A DNA stretch of 64,000 nucleotides, taken from NCBI GenBank assembly GCA_963693365.1, contig CAVNZM010000007.1, positions 9,421,962 through 9,485,961 on the forward strand, written 5' to 3'. The translations under genes and the position numbers were made by a program. Positions 53,846-64,000 of this stretch are shown here, piece after piece (the first letter of the stretch is position 1; every line of letters starts with the position of its first letter). The notes beneath the pieces are model-generated. The model ran no database searches. It was not told where the DNA came from and worked only from the letters and a program-made list of their open reading frames with translations. The stretch comes from Amoebidium appalachense (taxonomy: Eukaryota; Protista; Ichthyosporea).

Positions 53846-54962
53846 CGCCCCCTTCACACAAACACACACACACACACCCATCAATAGGGAAATTTCAACC
53901 CATCGTCTACATCCGTGGCAGCCTACAGACCGCACAAAGTACAAACCAAGCAGATACAACATGAATCTAAGCATTCACGGCGGCATCCCCCCCCCCCCCC
54001 CCCCCCCCCCCCTCAAACACACACACACACACACACACACACAAAGCCTAGCGCTCTAGCCTAGCGCTCTATAAGGTCATAGTTGAATCCTCCTAAGCAC
54101 ACCCACCTGCCAGTTGACGTATTTTGCATCTTTCAGATAGGCTTTGCTGTGTTCTTTCATCTCTGATGCCATATCTCCGATCTCTGCAATAGGTAATTGG
54201 TAAGAAAATCAATCATTCAGCCCCTGAGAAGTGCATATATTCCAAAAGCTCCCTTCATACAGCAAAAAGTTACCACGAAACGGTGCTAGGAAAGGTGGCA
54301 CAAGGCACCTTTGACCTCCCTGCAAACATCTGCAACGGCGTTTAACATATGGTAAAAAAAAAAAAAACCATTCAACACCGGTATTATAAACCATAAAGAG
54401 AGATTCCGAGCCCAAAGGTTCTGCTTTGGTCCATTCACCTTACACTTGAAACCCAACTCAAAAAATGCTTTATTTCAATGTGAATGCGTCACCCGCCTTG
54501 AAGTGTTGACCAAAGGCAACCCATATTACTTTTACGAACAGGGGGTAGAAGTAAAAGCAGTCAGGAGATGTCGGGAGTTGAGGTTTGGTTGGGCAAGCAG
54601 AAAGGAAGAACATACGGGCTATGCTTTACATATATGATGGATATTTTGCACCCGAGGGCAATGGTGGTAGCGTTGGCAATGATGTGTGCGGGTGTGTGTG
54701 TGTGTGTGTGTGTGCATATGTGGTGGTGGTGGGGGTTGGGGGGGAGGGGGGGGGGGGGGGGGAGGGGGGAGGGGGGAGATGGGTGTTGAGAATGCGTAAC
54801 CGAACACGAAGCAAACATTCATGACGGACAACACCAAGCAGATTGCAAAGCACACACAAAGAATATGCATCACGAGCAGAACCCATCCCCAGGACACCGG
54901 GGGAGGGGGAGGGGGAGGGAGGGGGGAGGGGGTGGTGGTGTTGGTGGTGGTGGTGTGTGTGT

Positions 54963-54993
<31 letters not shown>

Positions 54994-55202
54994 GGGGGTT
55001 GCACGTACTGTCTAGGCGCTCTCCGCGGCCTATGATCTCCTGTATGTTCTGAGTCATGACCCTCTGCACATCCTGCAGCTCGGCATTGAGCCGTGTGACG
55101 TTGCTGCGTGCCCTGACATCCTGATAGTTGCGCTTGACCCGCTGCATCACCGTGTCTGCACACACACAAAACACTTAGCTATACGCCCGTGCATGTGCAC
55201 AT

Positions 55203-55236
<34 letters not shown>

Positions 55237-55930
55237 GGGGGTGTCCCGTTTTGGGTAAGGCCGGTGGCATTATACGGTGTCTTTCGTCCCATACACCTCT
55301 GCTATGAAAGTTGAACCGTATTGTGTCGATTCTTTGATCTCAAAAACACGGATGGGCTGTTTGGTCGTAATCACATGAACACCATACAAGTGGCGAGCAA
55401 CAAAAATTTGACTTTTTTTGGCTTCCATTGTCGCTTGAGAAGCTGTGTGTGTCCGCGCAATCTTGTGTTTATGTGTTTATGTACATGTATCTGTGTACAG
55501 GATCTAAGTAGGACAAGCTGAAAGGCAACTGAATGCTCCCTGTCTCCATCCCCATACCTCTCTGGCTTGTACGTGTTCCTGCACATGTGTGTGTGTTTGC
55601 ATCCGTGAGAGTGTGCGGCGACAGTGATGGGGGTGGCAAATGCATGTGTTTGTGTGTGTGCGAGCACATGCATGTAGCCGTGTCTCATGTGTGTGTCGGG
55701 ACGGGGATGGGGTAAGGGGAGAGGGGGGCCACTCACCGAACTTAACAAAGGCATAAGGTCTAGCCGCTGTGCCTACTTCCCGGCCATACTCGGCTTGGAA
55801 CTCACGCTGCAGCCCGAGCAAAAATCATATGAGTAAACAGATACAGAAGTCGGGGGTGACTCTCAGGGGAGGGGACGGGGGGGGAAGGGAGAGGAGGAGG
55901 AGGAAGCATATGACATACAAGGTCACCATT

Positions 55931-55994
<64 letters not shown>

Positions 55995-56064
55995 CCCCCC
56001 CCCCCCCCCCCAATACGTGTCCGTGTATGTGTGTGTGTGTGTGGGGAGAGAGGGGCTGGAAAGG

Positions 56065-56124
<60 letters not shown>

Positions 56125-56535
56125 GCGCACACGCCCTAAAGTACGTATGCGTGTGTGTGTGTGTGTGTAGGGAGGGGGGGCGGGGGGGGGAGGGGCTGAA
56201 AGGTTGTGTGTGTGTGTTTGTGTATGTGTGGATGTGTGTGCCTGTGCATGTATGCGTGAGTGAGTTAGTGAGCCAGGGCGTGAGTGAGTTATTAAGAAAG
56301 TGAGTGAGTGTGTGCATGATTGTTTCTCTGTGTGTGTGTGTTTTAGGGGGAGGAGGGGGAAGGGGGGAGGGAGAGGGAGAGACGTAAACAAACCATCTTG
56401 TGTGCTGTGCAAGAATGGCTTTCATGACCACCAGCCTAACCATCATGCCATCCGCACGCAGCACACAGGCAATGTGCGCATTGTGCAGGTCAACAGCACA
56501 AGTGCAGAACTAGCAGTCACATACACCACAACAAT

Positions 56536-56575
<40 letters not shown>

Positions 56576-56830
56576 ACCCCCCACACACACACACACACAC
56601 ACACTCCCCCCTTCCCCCTCTTTCCTAGCAGTCACCTAGGTCCCCAATTTATTATGTACCACCAGGCTATTGAGCAGCAACTTGCATCCTATTGAGCCCC
56701 ATCTAACCCTCTATCATGGGTGCTCATAAACATATATCTGTCTCCCTAGAAAGCTATCCACATCGAAATAAGTCCTATACAATTATATCAGGCATACCCC
56801 CCCCCCCCCCCCCCCCCACAAACAAACAAC

Positions 56831-56878
<48 letters not shown>

Positions 56879-58325
56879 ACCTCTCTTCCCCTTCACCAAC
56901 TACATGTCTGCCATCCTAAGTGCACTATTCGTACAACAAGTACCGAACACACCAAGGACCGTAGAAAAACGGTAAAAACCTTGTGAACTGCACCAGATAC
57001 GGGCACCGAGAGAGTGAGAGGCATACCTGCAGCTCTTCCAAATATGCAAATGCGTGGTTCTTGGGGTAATTGCCGTCACACAGCACCAGGTAGCACACCC
57101 CCATTTCAATAATGTAGCTGCATAGGTGAAACATCAGCAAGAGCCCTTGGTTACGCAAAATGGGCTCATTTATCATATCCCGAAGCCATTCCACTATGTA
57201 TAATACATAACACAGCCGTCAGTTTCGGAAACCCGCCAACCCCCTTTCTCTCTTTCTCTCCCTTACACGTGTAAAAAATGATGATGAGGGAAAGATGTAA
57301 TTGAGAACCAACCGAGCGTGAGAAACACAACCTTCACACCCTAATTCCACCATCAGCCGCACACACCGAAAATGGCGGAAATTGAGGGACCCTTAGATAA
57401 TGCAGGCCATTGGATATATGATATTCCGAGATATATGGCCAGAAAATAGTTGATGCCCCACATATACCACCCTCCAGTCAATGGCACAATCATGAGTCAG
57501 GCCTAGCTTTCTAGAAGCACACAGAAAGATCTTTCGAGCTATGTAGTCACCAAAAGAAGAAATCAGATTTGAATAGATTGCCAACATATCTCCCCCATCC
57601 ACCACCCACCCCGTGTACCAATCACTAGCCATATAGAGAACCAATCACCAGGCTTATCGAGGGAATGGAACATACTGGAAGCACATGGGACCCGTGTCGA
57701 TGGACAGGCGTGCCGGGCTGCTGTCACTGAGCTTCTTAAAAAGCATCTTGGCCTGGTTCTTGTACTCCCCTAAGTCCCGGTCCGTCTAGACACACACATG
57801 TATATAGTCAGCCACCAGTTGCTATGACCCATGTAGGACTTGCACAGGAGAACGAGTGACGGATGATACTAATGTATTACAAGTAAGGGTGATTTAAATG
57901 GAGGTGATCATGTGGCCCTATAGTCGACAACGAGAAAGGAGACAAGGGGAAGGGGCAAGGGGGGGAGGGGGGGGGAGGAGGGGCGAGAGAGAGAGAGTTG
58001 GGGGGGGGGGGGGGGGGGAGAGGAGGGGAGGAAAAGAGAGGGATTTGGGAGGAGGAAGTGGAGGAGGGGGTTGGATCAGGAGTAGAAGTGAGGGAAGGCA
58101 AAATGCGGTCAAGAAGATGCATGAAAGAAACGGGTGGCATTAAGGGTATGTGGGACCACAGAGAGCAGTGTAATAGCACATGCGAGAAAAGAACACTAAA
58201 GTGAATGAGAATCCTGCGGTCAAAGAAAGGAGGGGGGGAAGGAGGGGAGGGGTGTTAGGAAACGGAGTATGGACAAACGGGGGGGAGGGGAGAGGGAGAG
58301 GGAGAGGGAGAAGGGGGGGGGGGGG

Positions 58326-58385
<60 letters not shown>

Positions 58386-58735
58386 GGGGGAGAGAGAGGA
58401 AGATAGAGAGACAGACAGAAAGCATTAGGAGAGGAAGTTAGATAGATTTGGTGTGGGGGGAGGGGGGGGGGAAGGGGGTTGGACGTACAATTACACAATG
58501 AGAAACACGGTGCAGAACACATTCGAAGGCAAACGTTTAAGTATGCAACATCAGCCACGCATGTAGCATGCAAAATGAGCAGAATTCATGATCCGGGGGA
58601 GGGGTGAGGGAGACGGGGAAGAAGGCAAGGGGGTTGGGGGTTGGAGTAGAGAGAGCATAAGGAAGGGAGTATGTGGAGAGGTGGGGGGCGACCGGGAGGG
58701 AAGAACATTAGGAAACGAAGTGGGTAGCATATTTT

Positions 58736-58782
<47 letters not shown>

Positions 58783-58869
58783 GGTAAGGGGGTTGGGGGT
58801 GTGGGGGAGTAAATTCACCTCACATTGCTTGCCCCACCTCGAACCTCCCCCCCCCCCTCCCTCCCCCCC

Positions 58870-58900
<31 letters not shown>

Positions 58901-59313
58901 AAAAAAGCCTCCCCCTCCCCTTAACCAACCCCACACAGTCTAGCCCTCTCCGTTCCCATCCCGAGAAAGGGGAAGAGTGGACGTGAAATCACATGCCGGA
59001 AACAAGGCAGGGGGAATGATGGCTACTGGCATTGAAGATACCGGGAGGCTCTTTTGTGTGAGAGGACGAAACACGGATTTATGGCAGCAGGGTATGCAGT
59101 ATGAGGGGACGGGGGAGGTGCGGGATGAGTTGTACGAAGAAAGAGTCACCTTCCCGATTCATCATCCTCCCACGTTTGCTCTTTCCCCCATTTAACACCC
59201 CCCCCCCCCCCCCCCAAACACACACACAAACACACACACCACACCCTCACTCCCTTTCGATGTGTGTGCCTAAATCTTTTAGCTTTCTTATTTTTATTTA
59301 TTTATTATTTATT

Positions 59314-59349
<36 letters not shown>

Positions 59350-59745
59350 TTTTTTTGGGGGGGGGGGGGGGGATCAGAGAATATAAGAAGAGCCGGGACG
59401 CGCGGCGAAACAGCCAGTGACGTGGGGAGGAGGGGGGGGGGGGGGGGGGGGGGGCTAGGGTGACAATAACAACAGAAGACTTCAGCACAGGTAGGCCTGA
59501 CCAGAGGGTATAGAGGCAGTGGAACGGAACGATGGGAGAGTAGAATTATGAGAAAAATAATGAAGGCAATAACAAGAATCGTGAGCGGGTACGTTTTGGC
59601 AGAGAGATCCAAGAAGGGGGAGGCGCCGGGGGGGGGGGGGGGGGGGGGGGGGGAGGGGGGAGGGGGGGGGGAGGGGGGGAGGGAGGGAGGGAGCAGAGAG
59701 CTTGAGTTGTGGCGAAACGAGAAGGGTGAGGCGGTATGGTGGTCT

Positions 59746-59813
<68 letters not shown>

Positions 59814-59988
59814 CGCGTGCGTGTAGGTGTTTGCGTGTGTGTGTGTGCATGGGTGTGAAACAAGGATTTATGGCAGCGGGGTATGCAGTATGAGGGGACG
59901 GGGGAGGTGCGGGATGAGATGTATGAAGAAAGAGTCACCTTCCCGATTCATCATCCTCCCACGTTTGCTCTTTCCCCCTTTTGCCCCC

Positions 59989-60038
<50 letters not shown>

Positions 60039-60101
60039 CACACACTCACTCCCTTTCAGTGTGTGTGCCTAAATCTTTTAGCTTTCTTATTTTTATTTAT
60101 T

Positions 60102-60149
<48 letters not shown>

Positions 60150-60500
60150 TTTTGGGGGGGGGATCAGAGAATATAAGAAGAGCCGGGATGCAGGGCAAAA
60201 CAGCCAGTGACGCGGGGGGGAGACGGGGGGGGGGGGGCTAGGGTTACAACAACAACAAAAGACTTCAGCACAGGTAGGCCTGACCAGAGGGTATAGAGGC
60301 AGTGGAACGGAACGATGGGAGAGTAGAATTATGAGAGAAATAATGAATGGAATAACAAGAATCGTGAGCGGGTACGTTTTGGCAGAGAGGTCCAAGAAGG
60401 GGGAGGCCCGGGGGGAGGGGGGGGGAGGGGGGGGAGGGAGGGAGGGAGCAGAGAGCTTGAGTTGTGGCAAAACGAGAAGGGTGAAGCGGTATGGTGGTCT

Positions 60501-60580
<80 letters not shown>

Positions 60581-60666
60581 TGTGTGTGTGTATGTATGTG
60601 CGTGAGTGTGTGTGTATGCGCGTGCATGTAGGTGTTTGCGTGTGTGTGTGTGCATGGGTGTGTGTG

Positions 60667-60699
<33 letters not shown>

Positions 60700-60701
60700 G
60701 T

Positions 60702-60746
<45 letters not shown>

Positions 60747-61303
60747 CACGCGCGCGGTGTGTGTGTGTGTGTGTGTGTGTGTGTTGGGACGCCCTGCTCG
60801 CTAGAGCAGGGGGATTTCGCACCCTGCCACAGAAGCTGCTCAGCTCCAAACAAGATCAAGCCCGAGATGCCAAATCGGGCTCAACGAAACAAAGCTACGA
60901 GGAAAACGATGGCACGCAGGGTTACCGTGTAGCATGTGGTTGTGCAAGAAAAGACACACCTATTTCTACTTAGATGTCCAACAAGTGGGTGTGTGCCTGT
61001 CTGCACGGCCAAGGAAAACAGAGAAAACAGGAGCAAGAGTGCAAGGGCGAGGGGTGGTGCTTGCCCTTGTATAAGTAGAATCAAGTGAAAAAGCAGATCT
61101 AAGAACTGCAAGTGCGCAGTACCATATCCGATAAACCACGCCCAGGAGAACGCTCAACTGTGGTGCAACACAAGCGGGGATGCATGAAAGGGGAATTACG
61201 AGAGGACGAAGAAAAACAAGGGCAAACTTACGCTGTCATCTTCCATAGAAGCGGCCAACGGCAGGCCGTCTATAACGCGGGCAAGCATAGTAAACCGCAA
61301 CAT
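53352..61303 (-). CDS. SEC22: Vesicle-trafficking longin R-SNARE SEC22 (216 aa), 7 exons
   Basis: Exons 61232-61303, 57676-57785, 57027-57117, 55737-55806, 55009-55155, 54107-54183, 53352-53435 sum to 651 nt. Motifs: [79 protein letters not shown], and a C-terminal TM helix. Confidence 0.96.
54790..54890 (+). repeat. Dispersed ~90-bp intronic repeat, copy 4 (more diverged)
   Basis: AATGCGT...ACGGACAACACCAAGCAGATTGCAAAGCACACACAAAGAATATGCATCACGAGCAGAACCCATC in SEC22 intron 5. Confidence 0.75.
59068..60662. repeat. ~790-bp two-copy tandem duplication in SEC22 intron 1
   Basis: GGATTTATGGCAGC at 59075 and 59864. All unique blocks and the intervening C-run, (TTA)n, G-runs and (TG)n are repeated in the same order. 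Confidence 0.95.
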
Positions 61304-61944
61304 CTGCGTCCACCCCAACGTTAGCAATGGTGTCTTGCCAGTTTCTCGCCATAACCACCCACGCATCCCGATTTGAGAACCAACCAGCTATAATGTTCGG
61401 CATCATGTTATAAAAATCACTTTTGAGTGACATGAGTTCTAAAAGCTAGTGCAGTGGCTAATCGCGCTTCTTCTTCCGAGTGTTAAGAGCAGCAACTCGC
61501 TCTCTTGGTAGCTTACAGAGCATCACCCTAAAACGGTGGCTGAATGTAACGACGTGTGTTGATCTTGAACGATAGCATTACCTTGGCTTATAGTGCAGGC
61601 CGAACGCCTGCTACTTTAAGAATGTTTCAGCTCTGTTTAAGTAAAATAGCAGAAAAGAACCCCACTAGTATGACTTGTCTAAGTGCTTATGACACGCACT
61701 TGCAAACTGCTGCAGCTGCTGAAAAGCTGGGCATCGATCGAATACAGTAAACTTTTGAAGCATGGCTCGCAAGTCATACTCAAACAGGGAGCGAGATAAC
61801 AACGTAAACTTGTAAGAACTGAAGTTCAGGTGCTGCGATAACAGCCAATCAACGCGCGCCAAGTCATCAAAACTTTTTCCGTGGCAACACCGGTACCACG
61901 GCCATCTTCTGTTCAAGATGGCCGTGGGAACACAAAACTGGCCC

Positions 61945-62062
61945 CTTCGAAAAAAAAGACCATACTCCATGCCCCCAACACATGTGTACATGTTGCATCT
62001 TCAAAAAAAAAAAAAGACCATACTCCATGCCCCCAACACATGATTTGTACATGTTGCATCTT
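61945..62062. repeat. Two-copy ~58-bp tandem duplication
   Basis: A(n)GACCATACTCCATGCCCCCAACACATG..TGTACATGTTGCATCTT occurs twice. Confidence 0.92.
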
Positions 62063-62661
62063 GCCACAGCTTGTATTTGACATTAGAGGGCATGACTTTG
62101 TAACCGCACTCACACCGCTGTCCGCATCCTGTCGTCATAGTGCCATGGCTGATGGCCATACAGCCAAAAACCCGGTCCCGGCCAGCTGGCACCCCGACCA
62201 TTTTCAAGGCCAAGGCCACACGGTCACCATTTATGTGCACGTGTCTTGAAGTTGAGATCTCAGGTAGATGAGCAAAGCACGCTAGCTGTTAAAGCATTGC
62301 TAGTGTTGGGGTGTTCGTCAGCTTCGCTTATCATGGCATCCATTATAACAATACTTTTTGTAGTAATGGTCTAACAACATGTGACCATACATATCTGCCA
62401 ATTGCAGGATTACAACACAGCCTACGGCAAGTACGTTGTACTCATTACCCTATTGTACATATATTATCACTCGTTCTCTACGATATTATCACTATAAGTT
62501 AGCTTACTATTCCTACAGCTGCCATATGGCTATGCGTAACTGTCCTATCTATCACATGTATCGTGCGCTCTATTGTGACATTTTGTGTAATTTGGCTGTG
62601 CATGCTTGGGTCCCGGTACCGTGTATGCACACGCGTGTGCAGGTTGTGGAGTTCGTGCAGT

Positions 62662-62732
<71 letters not shown>

Positions 62733-63053
62733 CTTGCCTACTAATGTGTGCAGGTGTGTCAGTGTCTGCTGTACCGGCATCCTATATAATGCATGATTAG
62801 TGTGCCGTGTGTTGAACGTATGTCTGAGCATGTGTGCCATGTGTATGTGTGATGTTCAACACGTGTGGGTACGTACACGGCATCAAGTTTAGTCTACTAC
62901 AGTGCGAATCTTGATAGTAAGACACGCACACACACACTGCACAACCTAAAAGAATGCTAACAACGGCCTGCTGCACGCGGCCTCCGCAGCCACACTATTG
63001 CGCTTAAGCTTCCCTTAACTAATTCTACTACAACTACATGCCATATCGTGGTG

Positions 63054-64000
63054 TCACTTACTAGCATCCAGAATCGCCGCAGCAGCCTCTTGGCCACTCA
63101 GGAGGGCCCCGTGCACTGTGGCCGGGTATTTTGCGTGCACAGCCTCTCCGGCAAAGAAAACATGTGTGCCAATAGCCTTCCCTAGCTCCCTCCGGTGCTG
63201 TGGAGACGCGCCGACCGCATAGTACGAATACGATCCACGGGCAAACGGATCGCTGCTCCACCGGGTGACCTTTACTGCTTCGTATTTCGGGATATTCTTA
63301 CCGTAGATATTCTGCAACGCCTTGAATGCACGACCGGCCACTTCTTCGTCTGTCAGCGTCTCCATTTCGCGTGCAAAGGTAGCCGCTGCAAACAACAAAA
63401 GAGCTGGCTTTTTGGATACCTTCTCGTAGTTGAGAATGTTAGCAAACTCTCCGTGTGCCTCCGAAACGTAGTTGATAATATGGGTGTTGTCCCAGAACCG
63501 TTTCGGAAAACGCATGAACACTTTGTTGAGTACACCCACACCGAGAGACGTGATTGCAGACAACTTAGCCGGGGGAAGAGGAGGCAAAAACTCAACACCC
63601 CCGTGCTTTAGTACCCCCAAAGGGAGGGTCACGAGGACCTTCTTGGCCCGAAACACTTGCCCGCTTGCCGTAGACACCCTAACCCCCAACCCGTCCGTCG
63701 TGTTATATTCGACTTTTGTGACCTGTTGTAAAGCGAGAATTTGGCCCTTCCCAGAATTCACTATCGACGAATGCATGCGGCGGGTCACCTGGTCGTACCC
63801 TTCAGCAAACAACATTTCATCCCCATTAAACTCGTTGTCGTCATCCCAGTACAACGCTGAGAGGTCCCTGACATCGGCGGCATATTCTTGCTCTATCTCG
63901 GCGGCTTGCATGAATGCAAAGAGTTTTTTCTGTGCGTCTGGTTGTTTCTGTGAAGAGAACCACTGATCTAGGCAGGCTGACAGAGGCATGTCCGGCTGCT
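63054..64000 (-). CDS. Flavin-containing amine oxidase (polyamine oxidase/MAO family), 5' part beyond window
   Basis: Frame is open to the window edge. Motifs: VLVTLPLGVLK..VEFLPPLP, LNKVFMRF..FW, TRWSSDPFARGSYS, FFAGEA..YPATVHGALLSG. The N-terminal GxGxxG is not in the window. Confidence 0.95.
   Translation of the reverse strand, partial: QPDMPLSACLDQWFSSQKQPDAQKKLFAFMQAAEIEQEYAADVRDLSALYWDDDNEFNGDEMLFAEGYDQVTRRMHSSIVNSGKGQILALQQVTKVEYNTTDGLGVRVSTASGQVFRAKKVLVTLPLGVLKHGGVEFLPPLPPAKLSAITSLGVGVLNKVFMRFPKRFWDNTHIINYVSEAHGEFANILNYEKVSKKPALLLFAAATFAREMETLTDEEVAGRAFKALQNIYGKNIPKYEAVKVTRWSSDPFARGSYSYYAVGASPQHRRELGKAIGTHVFFAGEAVHAKYPATVHGALLSGQEAAAAILDASK

Overview
Eukaryotic, intron-rich genomic DNA saturated with (CA)n/(TG)n microsatellites and 20-80 nt poly-G/poly-C runs. 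Most ORFs in the supplied track are artefacts of these repeats. Splicing by eye (GT-AG, phase-checked) gives eight protein-coding genes, all on the minus strand: BCKDK-type mitochondrial kinase (12 exons, runs off the left edge), MINPP1-type histidine phosphatase (10 exons), an unknown proline-rich adaptor-like protein (4 exons), a C2-domain Rab11-FIP-like protein (~13 exons), a claudin/PMP22-like tetraspan protein (3 exons), a CYSTM protein (1 exon), SEC22 (7 exons) and a flavin amine oxidase, intronless over the visible part (runs off the right edge). On the plus strand lie a decayed single-ORF APE+RT non-LTR retrotransposon and a probable RING-H2 pseudogene. The gene set suggests a unicellular opisthokont/holozoan; this is inference only. 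I found no clearly new multi-gene system. The best leads are an 89-bp tandem duplication that appears to create a 5'-UTR intron, C-runs next to splice donors with AC-rich acceptors, a 27-bp palindrome flanked by an 8-bp target-site duplication, a dispersed ~90-bp intronic repeat family, a bacterial-looking oxidase, and animal-type claudin and Rab11-FIP genes.
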